64,000 nucleotides of DNA, taken from Gammaproteobacteria bacterium (GTDB lineage Bacteria; Pseudomonadota; Gammaproteobacteria; Eutrophobiales; Eutrophobiaceae). The position numbers and the translations under genes were made by a program. The stretch is taken from positions 160,001 to 224,000 of the forward strand of contig CBDCTH010000012.1 of the NCBI GenBank assembly GCA_965222155.1, given 5' to 3'. Below the pieces are notes generated by a model that was not told where the DNA came from, did no database searches, and saw only the letters and a list, made by a program, of their open reading frames with translations. This document shows positions 49,243-59,636 of the stretch, piece after piece. Each line of letters starts with the position of its first letter. The stretch's first letter is position 1.

Positions 49243-49407
49243 CAGGGCAAACGCATACTTTTGAATTCAGATGTTTTTGCCCGATTCCGTCATTCTGGCG
49301 CAGGCCAGAATCCAGTGAATAACCCTTCATTACCCTGAGCATGCGCTGTTGTTTGACTGGATGCTGGCATTCGCCAGCATGACGGGCGGTGTTTTCCGGT
49401 TGCCCTG
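49243..49407. mobile_element. MITE family B copy (internally deleted) with 10-bp TSD
   Basis: Near-identical to 28920..29125; flanked by TGTATATAGA on both sides, and the TSD includes the paaD stop. Confidence 0.92.
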
Positions 49408-49581
49408 TGTATATAGAAGCCACTGGAATTGGCTTACTGCCTCCGCTGGCGTATTATAAGCAACTCACACAAGATGTCTGATTTTGTCTCGCATATATTG
49501 AACCTGGATACACGATTGGTTTTGCTCCTCTCTGCCGGATGGACTGCACATCCTGCGCGACCAGGTCTTGCGGGCTAGCGC

Positions 49582-50613
49582 TTATATAATGATCTCCAAC
49601 GCTCTTCGAAATTCCAGAGGTGACAGACCGGTCCATTCTTTAAATGCCCGCGTAAAGGCGCTGGCTTCGGTGTAGCCAACCTTTTCAGCGATGTTTTCGA
49701 TACTGCTATGGTCATGACTTAAATGGTGCACTGCTATATCTCGCCTGACTTGTAATTTTATATCGTGATAACTGGTTCTTTCCTCATGCAAGCGTCGCCG
49801 TAAAGTTTGTGGAGCAAAGTCCAGTAATGACGCCAGGTGTTCCAATGTGGGTAAACTTCTATCTTTCGTTAAGCTCGCGTGTACCTGTTTTCTAACCGCA
49901 CGGGTTAACTCGCCGGAGAGATCCTGTGGCAGAAACACATCCAGGGGTGCACGGCGAACATAGTTCTCCACACTTGCTTCATTCTGAATGATGGGGTTAT
50001 TGAGATAATCCGCACTAAAGCCCATACTGCTTTTTGACTGATTGTACAGTACGGGTGCGCCATAATAGAGGTAATGATGTTCATCGCGATAGTCTGGTGG
50101 TGGAAAACCCAGTTTTATTTGGTCCAGTGGAACATAGTCACCGCACAGCCAACCAATAAAGCGATGCGCCACAGTCAGGTGCATGTCAGTCATTGAGCAG
50201 TCGGCGATCTTTTGTCCTGGGAGCTGAGTAATCTCAACATTTGCACTTCGCCCAGTTATGTGTAACTCAAGCCTGATACTATTTTTACGCACGTTGACAT
50301 GTTCGAGGAAGCGTTGCAGGGCGCGCCCCAGAGTCCGCAGGTGAACTGTGGCCAATGCCGTGAGTCGAAAACTCCCCAAATCGACTGGTCGATCCAACTT
50401 GCCATGTGTTTCATCCTGCAGCGCCAGCCTGCAGTAGTTCAGCAACCTGGCCGCCTTTTCCACCGGCAGGCGTGTTCCCGCGCGCTCCAGTTCGCTGCGA
50501 CTGATGCCGGATTTAAGTAACAAGGGCTCCAGGTCTAAACCAGTATCCTGTGCGTCACGCAGCAAGCAATGAATATAGCGAGAAGCAATAGTCGGCGTAG
50601 TGTTTGTTTGCAT
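49582..50613 (-). CDS. AraC-family transcriptional regulator
   Basis: C-terminal double HTH (QTLRRRL..IAEKVGYTEASAFTRAFKEWTGLSP); divergent from the beta-oxidation operon. Confidence 0.92.
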   Translation of the reverse strand: MQTNTTPTIASRYIHCLLRDAQDTGLDLEPLLLKSGISRSELERAGTRLPVEKAARLLNYCRLALQDETHGKLDRPVDLGSFRLTALATVHLRTLGRALQRFLEHVNVRKNSIRLELHITGRSANVEITQLPGQKIADCSMTDMHLTVAHRFIGWLCGDYVPLDQIKLGFPPPDYRDEHHYLYYGAPVLYNQSKSSMGFSADYLNNPIIQNEASVENYVRRAPLDVFLPQDLSGELTRAVRKQVHASLTKDRSLPTLEHLASLLDFAPQTLRRRLHEERTSYHDIKLQVRRDIAVHHLSHDHSSIENIAEKVGYTEASAFTRAFKEWTGLSPLEFRRALEIII

Positions 50614-51016
50614 ATGGATTTACAGCTGTATCAGCCCCAAATTCTCATTAAAGAGTTAAATAAGACCGCGTCTCCTGGCATCGATGTTGTGTGATCAATC
50701 AGCTACAACAGCTGGGGACAGCGACCTTATGCACATAGAGTATACCAAAAAATTGTCTGAACTTGGACAGTAACGTGAATTTCACGGACTGAAACGGCGT
50801 GACGTGGTCGAAGGAGCGCCATTGCCGGACCTTCAAGAGTTGGTCCTGCGAACGGCGCGTGGAAAGCGCAAGGATTGTCAATTTTTGCTAAATATGACAG
50901 GTATTTTCGTCATGGTTTACATCGGGTCGCTTAAATGATAATAACTCCCTGTTCACTTTCGAATGCCATAATTGCGTTCCCTGACTGAATTAGCACATAA
51001 CGAACAGGAGTAAAAC

Positions 51017-52225
51017 ATGAGCAATCAAGCCTACGTATACGATGCCGTCCGCACGCCGCGCAGCAAGGGTAAAAAAGACGGAAAACTTCACGAAGTCAAA
51101 CCCCTTGAGCTGGGGGCGGGTTTGTTGCGTGCGTTGCAGTCCCGTCACGACCTGGACACGGCGTATGTGGACGATGTCATGCTGGGCTGTGTAACCCCGG
51201 TGGGTGAGCAGGGTTCCAATATTGCCAAATTGGTGGCGCAGCAGGCGGGTTGGGACGAGAGCATCCCCGGTGTCAGCATGGATCGCTACTGTGCCTCGGG
51301 CCTGGAAGCGGTCAACTCTGCGGCGCAAAACGTCATGTCAGGCTGGAACCGGCTGATGGTCGCCGGTGGGGTGGAGAGCATGTCGCGAGTGCCCATTGGC
51401 TCCAATGGCGGCGCTTTCCTGATGGACCCTGAGTTTGTCACCACTCAGCGCATGACCAATCAAGGTGTAGCCGGTGATATGGTGGCAACGATGGAAGGTT
51501 TTAGCCGCGCAGACGTGGATGCCTATGCACTTGAGTCGCAGAAGCGTGCTTATCATGCCCAGTCCAATGGTTATTTTGACGAGTCAGTCGTGCCGGTCGT
51601 TGACAGTCTTGGGATGACCATTCTGGACAAGGATGACTACCTGAAGCCCCACACCACTATGGAAGGCCTGGCCGCGCTCAAACCGTCGTTTGAAATGGCC
51701 GGCGCCATGGGAATGGATAACACCGCGCTCAGTAAATACCCTGAATACAACGCGGTGAATCACGTACACACAGCGGGCAACTCCTCCGGCATTGTCGACG
51801 GCGCCAGCGCCGTACTGGTTGGTAACGAACAGGCCGGTAAAGATCTGGGCTTGACCCCGCGCGCGCGCATGGTCGCCGGCGCGGTGACCAGCTCCTGCCC
51901 GACGCTCATGATGGTGGGCCCGGGGCCCGCCGCGAAAAAGTGTCTGAATATTGCCGGCCTGACCCCCAAGGACATCGACCTGTGGGAAATGAACGAGGCC
52001 TTCGCTGCCGCGGCCATGCGCTTTATGCGCGATCTGGATATCAGCCACGAAGTGACCAATGTCAACGGTGGCGCTATTGCCATGGGTCACCCGCTGGGGG
52101 CCACCGGCGCCATACTGCTCGGTACCATGCTTGATGAACTGGAACGTAGCGGCAGGAAGCGCGCGCTGATCACTCTGTGTGCGGGCGCCGGCATTGGTAT
52201 CGCCAGCATCATCGAACGTATGTAA
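51017..52225 (+). CDS. fadA: Acetyl-CoA C-acyltransferase (thiolase)
   Basis: [20 protein letters not shown] and CAGAG motifs. Confidence 0.92.
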   Translation: MSNQAYVYDAVRTPRSKGKKDGKLHEVKPLELGAGLLRALQSRHDLDTAYVDDVMLGCVTPVGEQGSNIAKLVAQQAGWDESIPGVSMDRYCASGLEAVNSAAQNVMSGWNRLMVAGGVESMSRVPIGSNGGAFLMDPEFVTTQRMTNQGVAGDMVATMEGFSRADVDAYALESQKRAYHAQSNGYFDESVVPVVDSLGMTILDKDDYLKPHTTMEGLAALKPSFEMAGAMGMDNTALSKYPEYNAVNHVHTAGNSSGIVDGASAVLVGNEQAGKDLGLTPRARMVAGAVTSSCPTLMMVGPGPAAKKCLNIAGLTPKDIDLWEMNEAFAAAAMRFMRDLDISHEVTNVNGGAIAMGHPLGATGAILLGTMLDELERSGRKRALITLCAGAGIGIASIIERM

Positions 52226-52294
52226 ATCGACTGTTCATTAACACGTTAACAGCTACTCCACAACAGCCAAGCACAGAATTCGAGGGTAAGAAAA

Positions 52295-54454
52295 ATGAGT
52301 GGATTTCATTATGAAAAAGATAGTGATGACATAGTTACTATCACAATGGACCTGCCCGGGCCGGTCAACGCCATGGGCAAGCAGTTTGACGCAGCGTTTC
52401 AAGCGACGATGGCGGCACTGGAGGCGGAAACCAGCCTGACGGGTATTGTTTTCGCCTCTGCTAAAAAGACCTTTGTCGTTGGGGCTGATCTGGACATGAT
52501 CATCAGCCTGCAGCCAGGCGATGAAGCCGGGTTTTTTGATTTTGTCGAGAGGCATAAGAGATATTTCCGCCGTCTGGAACAATTACCGGTGCCCGTTGTA
52601 GCGGCAATCAACGGTGCGGCAATGGGTGGCGGTTTTGAGTGCTGTTTGGCCTGCAACCACCGCATTGCCTGGGATGATAAGTCGGTGCAGATTGCCCTGC
52701 CGGAGGTTAAATTTGGTCTGCTGCCTGGCGCCGGTGGCGTAGTACGTCTGACCCATATGTTGGGCTTCGAAAAGGCCCTGGCCATGCCCTACTTGCTGCG
52801 AGGTAAACAAGTGCCACCCGCACAGGCGCTGGCTGATGGCCTGATTCATCAGACCGTTGAGGATCTTGATGAACTGGTGCCCCGTGCCAGGGCCTGGATT
52901 TTGGAAAACAAGGATAATCCCGAAGCTGCCACCCAACCCTGGGACCGCAAAGGCTATAAGATCCCTGGTGGTGATATCAATCACCCCAGGGTTGCTCCGC
53001 TGGTGATCGCGGCTCCGCAAGGCTTACTGAAGGAAACTCGTGGCTTGATACCGGCGGCAGAACGTATTCTGGAAATTATGGTTGAGGCTATCACCACAGA
53101 TATCGATACTGCTCTGCTGGTGGAGACGCGCAAATTTTTGACGCTATTGACCTCGCCAGTCGCCAGAAACATGCTTACTGCGTTTTTTTTCAATTTACAT
53201 GCGGTGAAAGGTGGCATAAGTCGTCCTGAAGGAGTGCCGGCTACCCGGGTTACCAAAGTAGGCATTATCGGTGCCGGTATGATGGGTCAGGGTATTGCTT
53301 ATGTCTCTGCCAAAGCCGATTGTCGGGTGGTGCTGAAAGACATCTCCATGGCAGCGGCTGCAAAGGGCAAGGGCTACAGTGCCATGTTGATGGACAAAGC
53401 TATCAGGCGTGGTCGTGCCGACGAAGCCAAAAAGCAGGCCTTGCTGGGTCTCATCAAGACCACCGACAAAGATGCGGACCTGGCCGGTTGTGATTTGATT
53501 GTTGAAGCCGTGTTCGAGGATATAGACCTGAAAAACAGGGTGCTGCAGAGCGCCGAAGCACAGCTGGCCGAGGGGGGCACCTGGGGCTCCAACACCTCCA
53601 CGCTACCCATTACCCGTTTGGCCGAATCCAGCGCCAACCCCGGGAACTTTATCGGACTTCACTTCGCCTCGCCGGTGGATAAAATGCCGGCAGTAGAAAT
53701 TATCTGTGGTGAGAAGACCAGCGCTGAAACCCTGGCCAAAGCCTTTGACTATGTGACCAGGATCGGTAAGGTGCCTATCGTGGTCAACGACGGTGTGGGT
53801 TTCTATACCTCACGTGTCATTATTGGACAATTGAAGGAAGGCGCGCAGATGGTGGCTGAAGGCGTGCATCCGCTCCGCATCGATAATCTGGCTAAAGCCC
53901 TCGGCATGCCGGTTGGTCCGCTGACCCTGTACGATGAAGTCAGTCTGAAAACCACCAACCAGATCCGTGAAACCCAGCTGGAAATGGGGCTGGTCAAAGA
54001 GGAAGATGACCCGCGTCCGGAGGCTACCGCGCTGCTGCGATCGCTGGAAAATGAGCACGGTCGTGGAGGTCGTCACTACAACGGTGGTTTTTACGAATAC
54101 AGTGAGCACGGCAAACAGATCTGGCCGCAGTTGCTGGAGACCTGTTACAAGCCTGAGGCAAACGCAGCGATCAGCGACCAGGACATCAAAGATCGCCTGC
54201 TTTTCTCCAATGTCATTCCGGCGCTGGAGTGTCTGCAGGAAGGCATACTGCGCTCAGTTGCCGAAGGCAACATCGGTTCTATTATGGTGACTGGCGCGCC
54301 GGCGTGGACCGGTGGTTACCTGCAATTTGTCAACACATATGGTCTGCAGCGCTTTATAACCAGGTGTGACGAATTGGCCGCGCGCTATGGTGATCGTTTT
54401 AAAGCGCCGGCCGTTGTAGCTGAGAAATTGGCTGCTGGTGAGACTTTTCAGTAA
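52295..54454 (+). CDS. fadB: Fatty-acid oxidation multifunctional enzyme (enoyl-CoA hydratase / 3-hydroxyacyl-CoA dehydrogenase)
   Basis: GGGFE, PEVKFGLLPG, GAGMMG, EAVFE, SNTSTL and GLHF motifs. Confidence 0.92.
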   Translation: MSGFHYEKDSDDIVTITMDLPGPVNAMGKQFDAAFQATMAALEAETSLTGIVFASAKKTFVVGADLDMIISLQPGDEAGFFDFVERHKRYFRRLEQLPVPVVAAINGAAMGGGFECCLACNHRIAWDDKSVQIALPEVKFGLLPGAGGVVRLTHMLGFEKALAMPYLLRGKQVPPAQALADGLIHQTVEDLDELVPRARAWILENKDNPEAATQPWDRKGYKIPGGDINHPRVAPLVIAAPQGLLKETRGLIPAAERILEIMVEAITTDIDTALLVETRKFLTLLTSPVARNMLTAFFFNLHAVKGGISRPEGVPATRVTKVGIIGAGMMGQGIAYVSAKADCRVVLKDISMAAAAKGKGYSAMLMDKAIRRGRADEAKKQALLGLIKTTDKDADLAGCDLIVEAVFEDIDLKNRVLQSAEAQLAEGGTWGSNTSTLPITRLAESSANPGNFIGLHFASPVDKMPAVEIICGEKTSAETLAKAFDYVTRIGKVPIVVNDGVGFYTSRVIIGQLKEGAQMVAEGVHPLRIDNLAKALGMPVGPLTLYDEVSLKTTNQIRETQLEMGLVKEEDDPRPEATALLRSLENEHGRGGRHYNGGFYEYSEHGKQIWPQLLETCYKPEANAAISDQDIKDRLLFSNVIPALECLQEGILRSVAEGNIGSIMVTGAPAWTGGYLQFVNTYGLQRFITRCDELAARYGDRFKAPAVVAEKLAAGETFQ

Positions 54455-54553
54455 TGCATAGCGTGACACGTCAACATTCAGCGGGAACTACTGAACAGTT
54501 AGCGTTCGACTCACTGAACTGACCTGAAATAAACTGACGATGTAGGAGTAGCC

Positions 54554-55702
54554 ATGATTCCAAGAACGATATTTGAGCCTGAACATGAACAGTTTCGGGA
54601 CAGCGTGCGCAAGTTTTTACGAACCGAAGCGGTGCCCCATTACCGGCAGTGGGAAAAAGACGGGCAAGTTGACCCGGCAATCTGGCTAAAGGCGGGTGAG
54701 CAGGGTTATTTGTGTCCACAAATGCCGGAAGAATACGGTGGCTGCGGCGCTGACTTTCGCTATAACGTGGTGGTGACTGAAGAAATTGCCAACAATGATT
54801 TAACCGGCTTGGCGTTTATGCTCCATTCAGATATTGTAGTGCCCTATATTCTCGATAGTGGGACTGAAGAACAGAAGCTCAAATACCTGCCCCGCTGCGT
54901 GACGGGTGAGACCATTACCGGCTTGGCCATTACTGAACCGGGTACCGGTTCCGATGTCCAGGCAATCAAAACCAGCGCGGTTCCTGATGGTGATGCCTAC
55001 ATAATTAACGGCTCCAAAACCTTTATCAGCAATGGCCAGGTAGGACACCTGTTTGTGGTCGCTGCCAAAACCGATCCGGGCGCCGGCGCCAAAGGCATCA
55101 GCCTGTTTCTTGTGGAAGCGGATACTCCAGGTTTTCAACGGGGGAAAAAACTGGAAAAAATCGGTCTCAAAGCCCAGGACACGTCGGAGCTGTTTTTTCA
55201 GGATATGCGCGTACCCAAAGAGAACCTTATGGGTGGCGTCGAGGGCGCAGGGTTTGGGCAGATAATGAAGGGCCTGGCGCAGGAACGCCTGAGTGTGTCA
55301 GTGGGTTTCCTGGCGGGTGCGATCACTGTTATGAATCACACACTTGCATACGTTAAGGAACGCACAGCGTTTGGTAAGCCCATAGCGGGTTTCCAGAATA
55401 CGCAGTTCAAGCTGGCCGGGATGGACGCCGAACTGACGGCCATGCAGGTGTTTGTGGACCGTTGTCTGGAATTGCAGCTGGCGGGGCAACTGGATGAGGT
55501 GATAGCCGCCAAGGCCAAGTTACTGGTCACTGAGCTGAGTGGCCGCGTTGTGGATGAGTGTGTGCAGTTGCACGGCGGTTATGGCTACATGTGGGAATAC
55601 CCGGTGGCCCGTGCCTATGCGGATGTCCGTATCCAGCGCATCTATGGCGGTAGCAGTGAGATTATGAAGCTGATTATCAGCCGGAAATTATTAGCAGGTT
55701 GA
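54554..55702 (+). CDS. Acyl-CoA dehydrogenase (LCAD-like)
   Basis: AITEPGTGSD, NGSKTFISNG, QLHGGYGY and RIYGGSSEIM motifs. Confidence 0.93.
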   Translation: MIPRTIFEPEHEQFRDSVRKFLRTEAVPHYRQWEKDGQVDPAIWLKAGEQGYLCPQMPEEYGGCGADFRYNVVVTEEIANNDLTGLAFMLHSDIVVPYILDSGTEEQKLKYLPRCVTGETITGLAITEPGTGSDVQAIKTSAVPDGDAYIINGSKTFISNGQVGHLFVVAAKTDPGAGAKGISLFLVEADTPGFQRGKKLEKIGLKAQDTSELFFQDMRVPKENLMGGVEGAGFGQIMKGLAQERLSVSVGFLAGAITVMNHTLAYVKERTAFGKPIAGFQNTQFKLAGMDAELTAMQVFVDRCLELQLAGQLDEVIAAKAKLLVTELSGRVVDECVQLHGGYGYMWEYPVARAYADVRIQRIYGGSSEIMKLIISRKLLAG

Positions 55703-55706
55703 CGCT

Positions 55707-56030
55707 AGCCCGGATTTCTCACCAGGCCGCTTATTGCCATCGGATATAGGTTTAATTTCATTGAGTTATGATAATGTGTTCATCATCCAGCCATAACAGA
55801 CTGAAGGGGACGGATTTGAAATCCGTCCCCGGAGAGTTCAGGCACCCGCTGGCGCAAAAAATCCGGCGCATTCATTGCGCCCATCCCCCTGCTCAACTCC
55901 ATACAGAGCTTGCCCCTGCGGTTGTAAGCAGGGGGGCAGGCTCTGGGCGCAACCCTACGGGCGGCTGTCGCCGTGCAAATCGGCTATCCTGCCGATTTGT
56001 CATCGCATCACCTGGTGAGAAATCCGGGCT
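55707..56030. mobile_element. MITE with 20-bp TIRs carrying nested REP-like hairpins
   Basis: AGCCCGGATTTCTCACCAGG...CCTGGTGAGAAATCCGGGCT; internal GGGGACGGATTTGAAATCCGTCCCC at 55806. Confidence 0.8.
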
Positions 56031-56063
56031 TGTGTTTTAGACTCCAATTTATAGAGGTATGTC

Positions 56064-56837
56064 ATGAATATTATCGGAAAAGTAGCCGTTGTCACCGGCG
56101 GCGCCTCGGGCTTGGGCGAAGGCACTGTCAGAGCTTATGTGGAAAAAGGCGCCAAGGTGGCCATCTTTGACCTGAACGCCGAGCGCGCAGAAAACATGGT
56201 CACTGAGTTGGGTGCGGACAAGGTCGCTTTCTTCAACGTTAATGTGGCCGATGAAGCGTCGGTGATGACAGGGATTGCCGGAGTGATGGAAACATTTGGC
56301 GCCATTCACATTTGTAATAACTTCGCCGGTTACGGTATTGCAGTCAAAACCTATGGTAAAAAGGGTACGCATCCCTTGGACGCCTACAAAAATATTGTGG
56401 ATGTTAACCTGACCGGGACCTTTAATGTGGCACGCCTTGCCGCAGAACAAATGGCGCAGAACAAACCCTATGATGAGGACGCCGGTCGCGGTGTCATTAT
56501 CAATACCTCGTCTGTTGCAGCCTACGAGGGCCAGGTCGGCCAGGTGGCGTACAGCGCTACCAAAGGCGGTGTTGTCGGCATGACCCTGCCTATGGCGCGT
56601 GATTTGGCCTCGGTTGGCATTCGCGTGAACACGATTGTTCCGGGTTTGATTTATACGCCGTTGGCAGAAGGAATACCGGAAAACGTCTATAAGGCGCTTG
56701 AGGCCTCGGTGCTGTACCCACAACGTCTGGGTCGTCCGTCAGAAATTGCTCATCTATCAATAATGATAGTTGAAAACGACTATTTGAACGGTGAATGTAT
56801 TCGCTTGGATGGCGGCATTCGTATGCAACCCAGATGA
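56064..56837 (+). CDS. Type II 3-hydroxyacyl-CoA dehydrogenase (HSD10-like SDR)
   Basis: TGGASGLG, YSATKGG and LNGECIRLDGGIRM motifs. Confidence 0.92.
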   Translation: MNIIGKVAVVTGGASGLGEGTVRAYVEKGAKVAIFDLNAERAENMVTELGADKVAFFNVNVADEASVMTGIAGVMETFGAIHICNNFAGYGIAVKTYGKKGTHPLDAYKNIVDVNLTGTFNVARLAAEQMAQNKPYDEDAGRGVIINTSSVAAYEGQVGQVAYSATKGGVVGMTLPMARDLASVGIRVNTIVPGLIYTPLAEGIPENVYKALEASVLYPQRLGRPSEIAHLSIMIVENDYLNGECIRLDGGIRMQPR

Positions 56838-56914
56838 CGAAAATTACTTTTGCTCTACGTTAATCTGAGACGGATTCAAGTCATAAGCGCAACAAGTGGT
56901 TTGGTTTTGGTAAA

Positions 56915-57397
56915 ATGAGTATGTCAAAAGATGAGACTCGCCAGGTCGTCGAACGCTGGCTGGAAGAAATTTTTAACAAACACCGGCTTGATGCCGTGGA
57001 TGAACTACTGGCCGAGGATTTCAAACGTTACGATGGACATAGCTGGACCTACGGACGTGAAAACTACAAACGTCTGTTAAGCTCGTTTTTCCACGCCTTG
57101 CCTGATGTGAAGCATACGGCCACACATATCGCCATCGACGGGGATCTTGTGATGATGCGCTGGGAGGCAACCGGCACTTTCACTGGCGATTTTCTCGCCC
57201 CGGACGGTTCAGTGGCTTTCCCGGCAACCAATCAGCCTGTCGCTTTCACCGGGACCGACACCGTCGTCCTGAGGGACGGGCTGGTGACGGAAACCTACTC
57301 TTCTGCAGATAAACTGGCGTTATTTGGTCAGCTTGTCCCGACTATCGGGGCGACCGTTATGCAGGAGTTCAGTAAGTTGGCTCCATCTTCGAATTAG
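56915..57397 (+). CDS. SnoaL-like ester cyclase (NTF2 fold)
   Basis: ALPDVKH..IDGDLV..WEATGTFTG..PATNQPV pattern. Confidence 0.8.
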   Translation: MSMSKDETRQVVERWLEEIFNKHRLDAVDELLAEDFKRYDGHSWTYGRENYKRLLSSFFHALPDVKHTATHIAIDGDLVMMRWEATGTFTGDFLAPDGSVAFPATNQPVAFTGTDTVVLRDGLVTETYSSADKLALFGQLVPTIGATVMQEFSKLAPSSN

Positions 57398-57488
57398 AGA
57401 ACGGCTATCACAGAAGTCTTATCAAAATCGCTCTTGTCAGTTCACCATTATTAAACCACCGCAAACACTGAGAGCTTGCCCGGCGTGT

Positions 57489-58418
57489 TTAAGTCTGTAA
57501 GGTCAACTCAAACCGTACCCTTGGAAAATGCACGTGAACGGGCTTGCCTGCATCACTTTCCCGAGCCAGAATCCAGCGCGTGTCATCTTCACCCACCAAC
57601 ATGCCCCGGGTTGGGACAGGCATGGTTTCCGTAGGTTTTATTTCAACCTGACTGCCTGTCAACGGGCTTTTCGTCATGGCGGCAGGGATGGGTCGTGGTG
57701 TGGAATTTTTAGCTGTGTCCAGCGCTTTGACAGTATTAATCCTGATCATGTTGCCGTGACCCAAAGCCATCATACGGCCATACCAGGCTGTTAAGCGCTC
57801 AAGGCCCGCCAGCATGGATTGTCCCTCCATATCCAAGCGCCACCAGACAAACTGTACGGCGGTAAAATCCGCAATCGTGGGGACGCTGGAACCAAACAGG
57901 TAGTCACCATCGGCAAGACGCTCATCCAGGTCACGTAAATGCGCCTGCCAGACAGCCCGTGCGCCTGCGCGCGCAGGAAGCTTAAAGGGGCTTATTTCTG
58001 CAATATGTTTCTTGTCTTGCAAATAGGAAAACCAATGCCGGACCGGCACCTTCCTGGCCATCACCTTCAGCGCCCCAACTACGGGTACTGAGCTGAGCAT
58101 GTGGTAGTAGACCCGTGTTTCCACGTCTTCCACAAAATCCTGACTGGTTTGCGGCTGAGCAGCAGCGGAGAGCTCCGGGTGGTTGGTCATGCGGGCAATC
58201 TCTTCACAGATTATGCGCGAATCACAGAACACGTCGGCCCCTACCTGTGCCACCGGAATACGGCGATAGCCACCTGCCAGAGGGTCAATTGACGGACGTG
58301 GCGGGTAGAAGGTTGCGTGAACAGATTGCCAGGTGGTATTGGTATAACCCAGCATCAGACGGACTTTTTCCGAATAGGGTGATGTGTAACGATGGTGAAC
58401 AATCAGTGTATCGGTCAT
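57489..58418 (-). CDS. Glutathione S-transferase family protein
   Basis: SPYSEKVR, GYRRIPV..DS, PTIADF and C-terminal VHVHFPR. Confidence 0.88.
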   Translation of the reverse strand: MTDTLIVHHRYTSPYSEKVRLMLGYTNTTWQSVHATFYPPRPSIDPLAGGYRRIPVAQVGADVFCDSRIICEEIARMTNHPELSAAAQPQTSQDFVEDVETRVYYHMLSSVPVVGALKVMARKVPVRHWFSYLQDKKHIAEISPFKLPARAGARAVWQAHLRDLDERLADGDYLFGSSVPTIADFTAVQFVWWRLDMEGQSMLAGLERLTAWYGRMMALGHGNMIRINTVKALDTAKNSTPRPIPAAMTKSPLTGSQVEIKPTETMPVPTRGMLVGEDDTRWILARESDAGKPVHVHFPRVRFELTLQT

Positions 58419-58487
58419 GTATCAGTTACCTGTCGATAATTATAGTGTAATTCCTTCCATACCGCCGCCGCTGAAGATGCGCTCTGT

Positions 58488-59357
58488 TTATTGCTTTTTG
58501 ATACGCATCAGTGCTTCTTGCGCAGTAGAGGCAACCAGTTCGCCTTTGCCGTTAAAAAAGCTCCCCCTGGAAAGGCCGCGCGCCCCAATGGCTCGGGGGC
58601 TGTCGCAAGCATAAGCCACCCACTGATCGACACGGTGGGGCAGGTGAAACCACATAGCGTGGTCCAGGCTGGCGCCCTGTAAGTTTGGCGCATGGAAATT
58701 AATGGGGTGTGGAATAGTGGCTGTTAATGCCAGGCCTAAATCGGAAATATAGGCAAGCAGAGTTTGGTGGAGTATCGGATCGTCAGGTAGTTCACCCATC
58801 AGCTTGAACCAAATTCCGTAGCTTGCGTCGAGCTCGGTAGGTTCAGGATGCTGGAAGTCGGGAAACAATGTGTGGCGTATGTCCCAGACCGCAAAGAGTT
58901 CAGGATTGTCCAGCGCGCGCGTCGAATGATCATTACCTGTGCGAATCAGGTAGTCTCTTAAGGATTCCAATTGTTCAGGACGCGGCATGTCCGGCATGGG
59001 TATCTGGTGTTCAAAACCCTGTTCGATGATCTGAAAGGACAGTGAGCAGTTAAAGATTGCCTCGCCATTTTGTAGGGCGACCACACGCCGGGTGGTAAAG
59101 CTGCCACCGTCGCGTATTGGGTCGACCTCATAAAGAACAGGACGGTCCGGATCACCCGGGCGCAGGAAATAAGCATGCAGGGAGTGGATAACCCGCTCAC
59201 GGCTGACTGTGCGCAGTGCGGCATTCAATGACTGAGCAATAACCTGACCTCCGTAGATACGCGGCAGGGTGGGTCGAGGCGTAGTTCCTCGGTAAAGGTA
59301 TTTGTCAATTGTTTCAACCTTCAGGCTGTCGATCAAATTGCTGAGTGCGTCATTCAT
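58488..59357 (-). CDS. tesB: Acyl-CoA thioesterase II
   Basis: RIYGGQV, HSLHAYFLRPG, RDGGSFTTRRV, SLDHAMWFH and QE motifs. Confidence 0.93.
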   Translation of the reverse strand: MNDALSNLIDSLKVETIDKYLYRGTTPRPTLPRIYGGQVIAQSLNAALRTVSRERVIHSLHAYFLRPGDPDRPVLYEVDPIRDGGSFTTRRVVALQNGEAIFNCSLSFQIIEQGFEHQIPMPDMPRPEQLESLRDYLIRTGNDHSTRALDNPELFAVWDIRHTLFPDFQHPEPTELDASYGIWFKLMGELPDDPILHQTLLAYISDLGLALTATIPHPINFHAPNLQGASLDHAMWFHLPHRVDQWVAYACDSPRAIGARGLSRGSFFNGKGELVASTAQEALMRIKKQ

Positions 59358-59636
59358 AGAAACAACTAATTAATCGGGTGTCTCCGCCGTCACGATAATC
59401 CCATCGGCGTCAAAGCGCAATTCGGCGGTATTCTCCAGTGTGAATTCTGAGCGATTTTCAAACAACATCAGCGGGTTGCATTTTATCACAGAATTCACCA
59501 GATCAGGCAGGCTCTTTGGACATGGGCTTTTCTCCCCGTCTCAGGGTGTTATACCACGAGCTGATGGATACTTTCAGCGAGCTTTTCAGGCATAGAAAAA
59601 AATGGCGAGTGGTCGGATTCAAGAGTTATCACATCG

